A stretch of 63,797 nt of DNA, filler included, from Cercozoa sp. M6MM (Eukaryota; Protista; Endomyxa: Ascetosporea): NCBI GenBank assembly GCA_040357565.1. It is 8 parts of 8 records of this genome, joined end to end, with 100 filler letters (N's around TTAATTAATTAA, not from the genome) between each part and the next. Parts side by side here need not be neighbours in the genome. Positions count along the whole stretch, not along the records: positions 23,759 to 41,944 come from JBDODJ010000238.1; 7 more parts are not named here. One strand, given 5' to 3'. Under the pieces are notes generated by a model that ran no database searches, was not told where the DNA came from, and saw only the letters and a list, made by a program, of their open reading frames with translations. Below are positions 27,032-40,783 of this stretch, piece by piece (position 1 is the first letter of the stretch; each line of letters begins with the position of its first letter). The position numbers and the translations under genes were made by a program.

Positions 27032-27445
27032 ATGGCCCGCACCAAGCAGACCGCCCGCAAGACTCATGGTGGCAAGGCGCCGCGCAAGCAGCTCGCTACC
27101 AAGGCCGCGCGCAAGTCGGCCCCGGCCACGGCCGGCCTCAAGCGCCCGCACCGCTTCCGTCCGGGCACGGTGGCCCTGCGCGAGATCCGTCGCTACCAGA
27201 AGTCGACGGAGCTCCTGATCCGCAAGCTGCCGTTCCAGCGTCTGGTTCGTGAGATTGCCCAGGACTTCAAGGCCGACCTGCGTTTCCAGGGTACCGCCAT
27301 CCTCGCGCTGCAAGAGGCCGCAGAGGCCTACCTGGTCGGTCTCTTCGAGGACACGAACCTGTGCGCCATCCACGCCAAGCGCGTCACCATCATGCCCAAG
27401 GACATGCAGCTCGCGCGCCGTATCCGCGGTGAGCGCAACGCCTAA
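27032..27445 (+). CDS. H3: Histone H3, intronless (true start 27032, not 26870)
   Basis: [31 protein letters not shown]...[11 protein letters not shown]. Confidence 0.99.
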   Translation: MARTKQTARKTHGGKAPRKQLATKAARKSAPATAGLKRPHRFRPGTVALREIRRYQKSTELLIRKLPFQRLVREIAQDFKADLRFQGTAILALQEAAEAYLVGLFEDTNLCAIHAKRVTIMPKDMQLARRIRGERNA

Positions 27446-27503
27446 GTCTCGCCTTGGCCACAAGTCACCCACTCCTCTCATCACCTCGATCCTTGTGATC
27501 GAT

Positions 27504-27530
27504 TTCCGGTGTCTCTTTGACACCACCAAA
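27504..27530 (+). terminator. Histone-type 3' UTR stem-loop of H3 (TTCC-GGTGTC-TCTTT-GACACC-ACCAAA)
   Basis: 6-bp perfect stem at 27508-27524, 62 nt after the stop; stem and flanks identical to the H4 element. Confidence 0.75.
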
Positions 27531-29115
27531 TTCTCTTTCCCCGGTGCCTTCCCCGGTGCCTCGTACAATTTTAAAGCATCATCTAAACCCATCGTCTAAA
27601 CGCAAACTCAATGCAAAGTCTGACTTTTGTTTTTTTTTTCGTCTTTATGCTGTCGAATTTTTTCTGCCGATCAAACTACAGTAATCGGGTTAATCGATGT
27701 AAAATCTTAACTCTTAACTTTCACAAGACAAAAAAGGCACGTGGTAGTGTGCCAGTACGAAATCTCAGGCATTTAAGTGCATGGCACGTGCTCGGTTTGT
27801 TGGGCTCGACCTCGGCACAACGAGCGCAAAACTCGTCGTGCTATCCGATGACGTAGACTTATTTTATGGCTGCTTCACAATGTGTGCAACCAAGCCAAGT
27901 CAAAAACATGTAAATTTAGCTGGAGCAAGTTTTGTCGGTGTCGAAGCAGTACCCTGCTGACGCAATCGACATCGTTAACTGCAACGGTCGGTACGTATAG
28001 TGATACCACTCAATAAATATGATGGAGTGCAAGTAGGCACGAACAAGATGCGCGAGTGATCGCGACAACAGCACTCGAACTGTTACGTCAGTTGCCTTGG
28101 GTGTGTGTCTTTTGGAACTTTAACTTGGTAGGAGGGTAGAGTTGTACGGGCACACCGTGTAGACAGAGGAGGAGATAACGCTGTGCGTCACAGGTCAGAT
28201 GCACGGTGTAATTGCGTGGTCATCGGATCAGCCAGTCACGCACGTGTCGACTCTGGTACTATGTGACCGAGTGGGTATCACGTGTCAGTAGGGTCAAATT
28301 ACTTGTATTGCAGGTCACTTGGCGCGATCGCGACTGCGCACGTGCACTGGAGCGGCACGACGATCGAAGCGACGCCTGGCTCTGCGGCACTGTGTGCGAG
28401 TGTACTTTTTCCCCCCCCCCCCCCTCCCGTTCCATCTTTGTCACTTCGCGTTTCGGCTTTTCCTGCCTCCCCCTTTACTCTACCTTCTCCTCGCTCACGC
28501 AGGGTTCGTATATCTGCTGCAAACGGGGCACGTGCGTGAGTGTTCACTGTGCGATCAGAGTGACCACAATGATCGTGGTGACCACTTAGTGACTATGCAC
28601 GTGTCAATGGCGCAGTCATGGCCGGCGCACGTGTTTGCTGTACCTATTTTATACTGGGGCACACATATGTCAGTGCGACACGTGTGAATGTGCGCACACA
28701 CACACGTGTATTTTACAGCAAAACAGGGGCCCGAAACGACCAACAGTGACGGTGTTGCCAGTGTCTCACACCGTCCGTGTCTCGGGTGCCACGCGCATGA
28801 CACACGTGATCGCTGCTCTGTGTATGCACTGTGTATGTACCAGGCATGCCGAAGCTGCGCGTACTTACGCCTGTCGGCGACGCCACGGCCGCTGCCTATG
28901 TGTGCATACCTTGGGGAACGGGGGGAGGCGAAGGGTTGGCATGGTGGGGTGCAATACTGTGTATAAGACAGGCGGCGCAACAGTACGTGGGCAAGCAAGG
29001 CGTTCTCACCTTCGGAACGTCGGCGCAAGTTACTCTGCTGTCGCACGTGTACACTGATTTATGGTCACTCGCTGCTGTGTCCGCGCGGATGTCAACGTAG
29101 CGAACAAGACTGTCG

Positions 29116-32113
29116 TTACATGGACCGTCGATCGAATGTATTTGGACAACGCGAAATCTCGGTGTTCGCTTCAATGAACGGCGGTTCTACGTAAGCTATA
29201 AACACAGACTGCTTTGCCCTCTTCCCATCCCCTTCCTCAGGCTGCAACATGTGGTCCATCTGATCGACTCGTTCCGACAAGGCGGCATTGATGACGCCTG
29301 GAATTTTCTGCGCGCGTGTCTGCAAGCAGCCTGCGATAGTGAGCACAAGAGGTGCTGCACGTGCCACTGCTCGCCTCAAGTGTCACCCGAAAGAGGCGGT
29401 GCTTTCTGTTTCTTGCTTTCAGTTTGACCAATTGTGGTTTTTCGTGAACCCCAGAGGAAACCGGACATGTGAGTCAAGTCAAATTTGATGCGTTTCCGGC
29501 TGAAAGCTTCACGGCACAAACTAGTAACTTGCGATATTTGATATTCTTTCCGTTCCTCATATCTTTGTGTCTTGTCTCACGTCAGTGATCTTGTCCTACG
29601 TGGAGGGTGTTTTTCGAAATATCTTCGCTCTCGTTCCAGCGTCTGTTCTGAGCTCGCTCGACACCTTGGCTCTCGTGTACTCTTGCTAGCTAAACTAAAT
29701 TTAAAAGTGTCCGCAATCAGTGACAATGTTAATTGTTGCTGGGCAGCGGAAGCATTTTCGGTCGTATTCCAGAGTTGAAACATCTTGTTTCGCGGGTGTT
29801 GCACGACTACCTTGGGGATGACAAGCATCCTATCGAACTGCAAGTTCTTAACATTGATGCGTCGAGTGGTACAATGCCTTTGTGTTTGTATTAAATAATA
29901 CTGTACACCGTTTTTGGCTTATACATACTGGCAGGAGCTGCACTGTTGGCACATCACATGCACTCCGACTCTGCATCCTAGTCATGTCAACGCAACTGAC
30001 TTGTAGTCGTCACACTTCAAACTTTGCAAAGATCTCCTGGATGCAACCTTCGATGCGCTGTCGCAACAGTGCCTTACTTTGCTGCCACTCGGTCGTCTGG
30101 GTTTTCAAGGAGTCCAAGGCATTGTCGATTCTTTCGATTGTGGCTGTCTCGTCAACTATATTTCGTGTCCTCGCATAGGTAGGCCGTACGATAGGAACTT
30201 TCTCAGACTATAGTACCTTGATTGGCGTTGATGGCGGCCGACACGCGCAGCTCATGCCGAAGCGCGGCCACTAGCTCGAGTAGCCTCGACTTTTCAGCTT
30301 CATGCAGGGACACATCGGTCGAGTGCGCCTCGTGCAAAAACCTGCGCAATTCTTCGTGAATTTCCTGCCACCGTGCTTCCTTCAGTCGGTGCAGCGCATC
30401 GCGTGCTTGGTCGAGTTCGTTGCACTTGCTTTCTAGCTCACGGCGGAGTTCCTCGTTGCTCGACCCAAGTCGTTGGAGTATCTCGCTCGTTGAAGATGCA
30501 TGCGCGCTATCATTTCTCGCTTGGGAATCGCGTAGTAAACGTACTTTATCGAGTAGCTCCGCTCTCAACTGCTCTATGAGTCTGCACAGCATAGATCAAT
30601 GAATTTGTTTGATTGGAAACAGATATGGGCAGACAGAAACTACTTGTCATCTTCGAGTGACTTCTTCTCTAGTGTGCCAAGTATGACCTTTTGGCTCGTG
30701 TGCTCGCGCTCGAGTGCTTTCAGTCTCGCTGACTGTGCTTGGCTGAGGAAAAACAAGGAAGTTGATACTGAAGGCAGAGTTGTTGCGAAAGGAACTGAGG
30801 AACTTACAACTTTTCTCGGAGTACTTCATACTTAGATCGGTACTGGTCTCGTTGGAGTTGTGCCTTCGCGTGTTCAGCTCGTCGGGCTTCGCGTAAGGAA
30901 GCCAACATCTTTGTTGTGGTCGCAGAGGCAAGCGATGTGTTACTGTCTATCGTACTGACACTCATTGTGCTTTCACTTTCTCCGATGTTGTCGCTTTGTG
31001 CGAACTGATTTAGCCGCTTCGACATCAGCTTAAGTTTTTGCTTTAACCGCGTGATTTCTTCCGCACGCTACAGTACAAGCAGATACTCAATACTGCGCAT
31101 CAGAAAAGAGAGGTTTATGATACTGTACCCCACGCCACCCAGCGACAGGCAGACCATTGCTCATTGCGTTGTCCAGAATGACCATTGCATTCTCTCCGAT
31201 CTCGCGCTTGAGTAGCTGTCGTAGGTTGCGTTCCGTTCGCTTCGATACGTCAAGCTCAGCTTGCAACTTGGCGATTCGCTGTTGCACAGCGGGGGTGATC
31301 GCTGTGTTCTCTGCCTTGGGAGAATTCTCTTGATCCTCTCCATCACGTCTTTCTTTCTGAGCTTCACTAAGCCTTTTGCACTTTTTCTGCAGTTCCTTGA
31401 CTTTGGAAGTCAATTTTGCCACCTGGCCTTTTTCCCGAGACTAAGACATACCCGAAGATCGTGTCCCGTGCGCGTGTCTAACAGATACGTATGGTACCAA
31501 CAACAGGCCGAGGTTTCGATTACGCCGAGCAATCTCCTTCGCTGCAGCAAGCGATTCATCACGGTTTGTTGCATCGAGTTCAGCCTGCAGTGTGAGAAGG
31601 GCATCTTCCAGCTCTCGTACTCGCGCCTGTATCACGTATGTAGAATTTAAGAAACAGAGTCAAACCGAAAAGGCAGAAAAACGAACTGAACGTAAAGTGT
31701 ACTTGCAACAGAATCACGTCTTCAGTTTCGCCCAGACTGAGACTCATTTTAGGCTTTACCGCGCTGTTAGCGTTTGATTCGCTAAATTGGGTTCACGAGC
31801 CCACGCAGCAAATTAGAAGCTTCTTGTTCAGCTTTGAAAGTTCGGACGCTCCTTTGAGAACATTCCGCGCGGAGAGAGGAAATGTGGAGTTGGAAACATC
31901 TTCGGCTTTCCCGGTCTGCATAAAATCGTTGGTACTAGGTACCCAAAGGTGAGACTAGCTAGTATGCTATTACTTGCGTCATTAGCATTGTGGGGAACGG
32001 TTCTCGCGAGCTTTCATCTCGACGAGCAGATACCTTGGGTAAATGCAGTTCAGCTGGAAGCGTAACTGCCAATAAAATAATATTGTCACTTTCTGAGCTA
32101 TGGGCAGAGGCAT
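29116..32113 (-). CDS. CCDC13: Long coiled-coil protein, CCDC13-like (centriolar satellite/cilia); multi-exon, start and end uncertain
   Basis: Heptad-rich exons; KEIARRNRNL and RQLLKREIGEN...AGWRG|RAEEITRLKQKLK match the CCDC13 GWRGRAQQI signature. Confidence 0.7.
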
Positions 32114-32125
32114 GTTGAATTTGAC

Positions 32126-33373
32126 ATGGAAGGAGCTCGACGCAATGCAGAGAGATGGCACTCTCTTACACTAAATGTGGATTCGGGCTGGCCTTCGGTA
32201 CTTCACCACTTGCACGCGAGCGTGAAATCAGAGACTGGTCGCCATAATATTTGCCAACTGAAAAGGATGGAACCAGCACACGGTACTGCGATGTGCACGC
32301 CCGTGGGCGACCGTTGCGATACGGTGAACTACCCCACGGAAATTTAGAAATTCGTAGTACATCGGGGCACTTCTTTGGTGTCGGGGGTTTCACGCACGTG
32401 CAAGGCACAGACAAAGACATGGCGCGGAAAGGTCTCTTCCTTACCACACACATGCAGCACACCGAATGGGCCCTGTGGCGTCTACGACCTGACACTTCTG
32501 ACCGGCACAGAGGTGTGCGCTTCTTTCTGGAGTCATGACAGCATAAAACACCAACTGAGCGTAAGTTTAGAAACGGAGCACAGCATCCATCACTCGCGCA
32601 GTGCGATCCAGGTGCAACTGGTTTCGAAAGGAGGGCGGCTCCTTTGTGCCGATGATAAGGTAAAATACATGAACGTCACAGTGCCGTCTGTGCTACTAAA
32701 TGTTTCGGGAGGTAGGGGCACCTATACCTGGAAGAACCGGGATCGGAAGACCCTTGGTTGCATGCCTGGCGTGTCGAGGTGCTTTTTCCTGACTCTCCAT
32801 GTTCGCAGATTAGTTGTCCGACAAACAGGCTAATCTACACGCAAAAACGGACCACGGGAGATCGGTGCATTTGGTGTCAGTAGCCACGCACCTGCGACTC
32901 GCTGTCGATGTGAATAACGGCGAGTTGTACCTCGACCCGCATGAGTACACGGACAAGTCAACGCAGGTACCTGCATCACTTCACGCCCTGCATGTGTTAA
33001 TCCATGTCTACAGGCATGGTATTTGGTGGAAGTACCTCCCAAAAGCTACGCCGGTATCCTCACATGTTCCCAGGCATGTTTTGACCCACACTCATTGACT
33101 ACTTTAGGGAAACAACGAATCCACACGGACGAGGTGCGGGATGCCACGCGCTATTATGCCGAAGCACTGCACGTACTCCAACGCACTGGACGGCGGCATC
33201 GTAATTTACATCAAGAACCTCCAGGATGTAAGGTGCATTCCAGTAACTTCTTATACCTTCTTTGCGCAGCTGCCGACGCGCACGGGCATGACATCCACGT
33301 CACTGACGACGAACGGATCTTTGCGGGCGGCCGAGTACCCACGCGCGAAGAACTGCAAGACTGGCTCGACTGA
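32126..33373 (+). CDS. Hypothetical protein, possibly a beta-trefoil (fascin/ricin-like) fold; multi-exon
   Basis: Short GT-AG exons with repeated patterns VQLVSKGGRLLCADDK|GHLYL..AWRVE and HLRLAVDVNNGELYL..|AWYLVEV. Confidence 0.4.
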
Positions 33374-33679
33374 GCTTCGTCTGAATCAGACCCTTAGTTT
33401 TCTAGCCTCCCGCCACCAGGTTTTATACGATAACTACAGTTGTTGTGAAGTGACCAACCTAAAAAACAAAAGTGACTGGCCCAAAATCACAGTAAAATCG
33501 TCAAAACGCGCTTCAGAGGCGCTCTAGGCGGCAGCGAGCTGTACAGGTGTGATCTTTCGTTTAATCGACGGGGTCTCAAGCGGTTTTGCGCCTGTGGTTG
33601 CTCGGCTTGTGTGCCAAATCGCGACTGTTCTGGCGCTTGCCTCAATTCTTTCGTCGGACGAGTTGCTGCTGCGGGCAGG

Positions 33680-35538
33680 ATGAGTCACGTGCGCATGCAG
33701 CACGGCTCACTGCCAGTGCTTTCGCTTTCTGTACGTGTGTGCATCGAGGAGTACATCATGGGCGCGTAGGTACAGATGCCGGCGATTCCGGTGCGGCGCT
33801 TGCGAAGTGGCACCAGGTGTGTTGTGTTCCTGCGTCGTGTGTGTGTCGAAGTTTGGCGTGTTGCAACTTGTGTCGTTGGTGCAAAGTCCGCCGCCGCAAC
33901 CGCCGCAGATGCCGCCACATCATGCCCCTCCGCCACACGGTATGGTGCCGCCGCAGATGCCGCGTCAGCCGACGCCTGGCATCACGGTGCAGCAGCCGGT
34001 ACAGCAGAGATGCCTCATCATCCCTTTTCACCCCTCTCCCTCTTGCACTCTACTATTTTCTCTTTTTTTCTGCATGCTCCCTCCCTATTTCCTCTCCTAT
34101 TTCCTGCCCTATTTCCTACCTTATTTCTACCCTATTCCTACCCGATATCTTGCCCTATTTTCTGTATTTCCCCCGCTGACACCTCTTGGTGCCTTTCCTC
34201 CTGTTATCGTGATACCTTCCTCTGTCTAGGTGGTCCAGCCGCAAGTGGCAACGACAAAAGTAGCGCCAACGACGGCTGCGGCTGCCACGGCAGTGCGAGC
34301 TCAGACGTATGCTGGCGCCAGACCCGCGTCGCAACGACGGGCTGCACCGCGTGTAGCTATTGTCTTACTCCCTGTTTGTCCCCCTTATTCCTTTACACTT
34401 TACCCCTTCATTGGCAGGCACACCCGCAAAGGTACGAGTACTTGACTGTCGCCGAGTTGGCGCGACGAGCACTCACTCTGCGATCCCGGAGGTGTGTGAT
34501 TTGTTCACCCTACCCCTATACCCCTTCCTTTACCCCCCCCCCCCATTCCTTTACCTGTTGCTTTGCCCCCACTTTACCCCATCCCTTTGCCCACTCCTTA
34601 ACTCCCATTCTACCCTCCCCTTAACCCCATCTGCTGTCATAGGAAACTCCGAGAACTTCCGGATGGCAGACTGGCACCTGGTAGGTCTTAAGTGTGTTTG
34701 ATGGACTGTTCATGATTGTGCGTGTGTGTGTGTGCGTGCGTGTGTGTGTGTGTGCGTGTGTGTATGTGTGTATGTGTGTGCAGTGGCGCTCTTGAAAGGA
34801 CGTGAGTGGTCGATCGATTTTGAATGGGTATGCTGCTGTATTTTGTCCCCTATTTCCAACCTTTACCCCCTGCCCTCCGCCCCACAGGTGGCACGCAAAC
34901 TCAACGACGGCCGCGATACTCGAAAACCGGTGTGTTTAACCCTCCATGTATCTTTTGCCTTAACTTCATACCAACCCCCGTACTTTCTCTGGCCAGCCGC
35001 CGAACTACTCGTCCCAGGACGTGCAGAACATGCTCAAATACGCGATACTTCAGGCGACCAAGCAGAAGGATATTCCGCTGGAGTACACGCTGATGGACGA
35101 GATGCTGCACGAGACATGCGTCCAGTTGCGCGCCTTCATGATCAAGCAACTGCGTGCCGAGCTGGCGCTTCAGCAGCGAGTATGTGTCCCTCCCTCCTGT
35201 TGTCCTTCTTAGCTATCCCTTGGTTGCAGCGTCGTACGCAACTGCAGTCGCAGCTGCAGCTTGTGCAGAAGGGTGCTCTCGACGACGACATTGTTTTGCT
35301 CAAACGGCAGCATCAGGTACCCCGAGAGTTCTAGTGTTTTCGTTCCCTTCTCACCCTCTCCGTATTCTCTCTCCCTCTAGATGCGTCAAAAGATGGAAGA
35401 AGAACGACGAAAGAAAGTTGCAGCTCTGCAACAACAACAGCAACAGCAGCAGCAACAACAACAACAGCAACAACAACAGCAACAACAACAGCTGCAACAG
35501 CAACAGTTGCTGCAACAACAACAGCAACAGCACTTTCG

Positions 35539-35580
<42 letters not shown>

Positions 35581-36864
35581 GCAACAGCAACAGCAACAGC
35601 AACAACAACGACAAATGCAGCCCAGCGTGGTCACGTCGCGACCTCCGTCGAGCCGACCTCCTTCAGTTTCCCTCCATGTATACTTGTCCCCTCTCCACCT
35701 TGCCTCCCCTTGAGCTCTTACTCCTTGTCCAGAACTCGCGTGCACCGACACCGCAACAGCAGATGCACAAGGTACTATAGTATCCTCCCTATTTAGTATG
35801 CCTTGTACCTGTCTATACCCCTCAGGTACACCAGCTCTCGCACCCACAACAGCCGGTGCAGCAACAGCACAAGGCACAAGCGCACGCAATGTTTACTCAC
35901 GCACGTCCGCAGCAGCAGCAGCAGCAGCAGCAGCGACCGCCGTCGGCGCACTTGCAGCACCTGCAACAACGACAACAGCAGCAGCAGCAGCCACAGCAGC
36001 AACAGCACGCACACCTGCCGCAGCGACCCGGTAGTGGCGCCAGTGGCAAGGTGCACCTACCTCCATACACCCTTTATTTATGCACTCGCATAGACATACT
36101 TGTATGTGTGCCTGGCCTGGGTGTAGATGCACATGCCAGTGCACATGCAGATGCCGCTACAGATGCCGTCGATGCTGCCAAATGGCATGGCCGGCATGCC
36201 CAAGATCCCGAGTGCCACCACGCCAGTCTCCTCAACGAGTTCGGGAGGAAGTATGCCGCCGCCCTCGTTGCCGCCGCCGTCGCTGCCGGGTAGCATGCCT
36301 TCGATGCCATCGCTGCCGGGCTCGGGTACACCCAACGGCATGCCGAGCATTCCGTCCGCGCGGATGCTGAACAAGGCGCCGCTCATGTCACCGCAGTGGC
36401 AGCGTCAACCGCCGCCGCAGCAGCAGCAGCAGCAGCAACAGCAGCAACAGCAACAACAGCAGCAGCAACGTATACCATGGCAGGCTATGCATGTGCCCGG
36501 AATGCCAATGATGCGACCACCTGTACAGGCGCCGCCTTCCATTGTGCCTATGCCTTTGCCGACTGGTATGCCAGCCATGCCGACAGCCAACAACCTCGTC
36601 CAACAGCAACCACCATCGCAACAGCAGCAGCAGCCGCAACAGCCACAATCACAGCCACAGCAGCGACCGAAACGAGCTGCCGCTAAGAAGCGACCGCGTT
36701 ATTCCCCTGGTACACTCAACTCAAGGGAGGCTTGATGAGAATGCTGTCATGCTGGTTTCTATGCAGACAACAATAGCGACAGCGACATCGAGATCATCGA
36801 GAACGACGTGCCGCCGCCACGGCCGAAGCGACCGCGGCGAAGTGCGGCGCAGCTACCGCAGTGA
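33680..36864 (+). CDS. Q/P/M-rich low-complexity protein, probable nuclear regulator; multi-exon
   Basis: PolyQ tracts, a helical core QDVQNMLKYAILQ...EMLHETCVQLRAFMIKQLRAE, NLS-like RPKRAAAKKRPR and SIM-like SDSDIEIIE. Confidence 0.6.
35429..35608 (+). repeat. Coding CAA/CAG trinucleotide repeat (polyglutamine)
   Basis: About 180 bp of interleaved CAA/CAG codons with a few interruptions. Confidence 0.95.
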
Positions 36865-37061
36865 CGGATGCGAGTTTTCTGACGATTCAGTTGGGCCGAC
36901 GGGGCCAGCGCGGAGGCGCATGTAGCAACCGAACACTGTTTCGTTCTAGCAACTGAACTTTTCTTCGCTAAGTATGTAATGTCGTCTGCATGTCGTTAGC
37001 TCGGTCTCGTATCGTATGGCTAGAAATCGAAACGAAAGCAACTGGACGTTAACGGAAGAAA

Positions 37062-38603
37062 TTAGCTATTCAGGTCGGCAAGCGAGTGCAATCTCGCCGT
37101 GTGGGCGTTCGGTCGCTGCGATCGGTACTGCTGCGACCAGACACGACGCAGAACACACATGCATATTAGGAACAAGCCTAACGGAAAGTGAAACACAGGT
37201 ACCATCTTCTGGGCCTCCGTCTTGCCAGTCGTGACGGCGACGGCAGTGGAGAGACCGGGTGGCGGCGGCAGCGAGAAGTCGGCGTTCTCAGGCAGCACCG
37301 TGCGCTGCTCTTGCTGTGTCGAGCACGGGGGGGGGGGGGATAGAACTGAGGAGGGCCAACAGGCAGGAGATAGACTAGTGGTGTGATACCAGCTGCTTGG
37401 CCTGACGGCGCAACTGCGAGGTCGTCACCGGTGCAAAGCCTTCCCAAAGGAGCAATAACAACTCAGCCAGGACAAGTGTTTAAAGTACCTTGTTGCAGAG
37501 CGGCCTGTTCGTGTACTAATTTCTCCTGCTGCTCCTGCTGCGCGTGCACCTGTGCACGTGTGCAATCAACAAACACGATACCTCGACATACACAAGGCAA
37601 GCAAAATATGTACAAGGTGTAAAATACAAGATACTAAATAGTTAGACGCACCTTTTGGGCGGCAGTGGGCGCGTGGAACTTGTCGCGCTGACGCGCCATT
37701 TCGGAAAACTTGAGTTCTCGATCGGCTTCAACTTGGTATGGCAGGTCGCGTCTCTGTAAGTGTATACATAGAGGAGTGCAAAATGATGGGCATGGTGGTA
37801 CGTCCTTATCGGCGTGCAACTGTCGCAATCGCTTGCGCTGCATTTCTTTCGCGCGTTGCTCTTGTCTGCCGATCACTGCGAACACAATAACATAACAACA
37901 TACAAATATGTCTATATTTGGATACGTTTATGTGTATGTATATGTATACACCTGCCTACCCTTGAGGGCCTCGTTGACATCGATATCGTCTTCTGCCTTC
38001 TTCTTGGCTGTAAGGTTACACAAAATACACACATTCCATACAGGTGGGCACACAAAAAAAACAAAAAAACATACAAAAAGCTTCGTCGCGCTCCATGCGT
38101 TCGTACAGCCAGTCACGGTTCACCTTCTGAGTTGGCACCTGTCGCTGCTCGAACTCGGCCAGCACGTCGTCTCTGAAGGTACCACGCGATACAAGAGACG
38201 CACAGCAAACAGCATGTCTCAGTCTTACCGAAGCTGCGGCGGCAGGCCGAACTGCAGGTCAAGCACACAGCACTGGCACAAGTTTTGCACCTGGGCGCAT
38301 GTCCGGCACACGGCCGTCTGCAAAACAAGTACATCTCAATGGCACTGACACACTGTAGTCTAAAGAACATGCACACCTTAGAAAGCGATTGAGCCTTTGA
38401 CGCCTTCCAACGGAACACTGTGAACGGACGATCACACACCTGCGAAATGAAACAAACACTGTCAACTCAAACCAATTCTGACTGGCTTGACAAACATTAT
38501 TTACCTTGCAGTGCCGACCACACGGCTCCTTGGTCATGCGCACATGCGTGTCATTACCGAGACACTTGTCGCACAGCACTGGGAACTCCTCTGCGCTCGC
38601 CAT
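37062..38603 (-). CDS. RBM22: Pre-mRNA splicing factor RBM22/Slt11(Ecm2)-like; multi-exon
   Basis: EEFPVLCDKCLGNDTHVRMTKEPCGRHCK|VCDRPFTVFRW..|TAVCRTCAQVQNLCQCCVLDLQFGLPPQLR|D; C-terminal FSLPPPP...YRSQRP. Confidence 0.88.
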
Positions 38604-38842
38604 GGTCCCTGTGTTTTTTCAACAAAACTCTTGCTGACAACTTTGACCGCCTTAGAAACCCAGTCGATCCTTCGGCACTAGAGCACGCCAGTACAGCTGT
38701 CACGAGCGTGAATCAAGGCGTCCCCAGAGCGCTGATTTTTTTAATAATGACCGTCTGAACCGGCCATGGGACAGGCAAAATAATCAATCAGGGAGGGCGA
38801 GTGACTGGGCGTCGCGAGTGTTTTCTTTGCTATACAGCAAGC

Positions 38843-40545
<1,703 letters not shown>

Positions 40546-40588
40546 GGCGTGTCCGTCATTTTTTCGCCATCGTATTTTTTCGGACCGG

Positions 40589-40662
40589 ACACTCCAGGCG
40601 GATTGTGACCCACCCCATAGTTGGTTTCCTAGAAGACTCAACTAACTAACACTCCAGGCGGA
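40589..40662 (+). mobile_element. Putative 5'-truncated non-LTR retroelement relic: 46-bp insert with a 14-bp target-site duplication
   Basis: ACACTCCAGGCGGA at 40589-40602 and 40649-40662 flanks a segment ending in an (AACT)n-like tail. Confidence 0.5.
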
Positions 40663-40783
40663 GTCCAACTGAACGTAACGTAGCGTCGTTCCGAGTGGTC
40701 ACTCGCCGCACGTCGGCAACTCCCGCTATGCGGCCGGTGGGCCCAAAGAAACTGACGTGAAGGAACTGAACTGAATTACTTAT

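Noticed and set aside
31780-31812. tRNA-like GGGTTCACGAGCCC hairpin
   Set aside because: No acceptor, D or anticodon arms, and it lies within the CCDC13 gene. No tRNA, rRNA or snRNA was recognised anywhere in the window.
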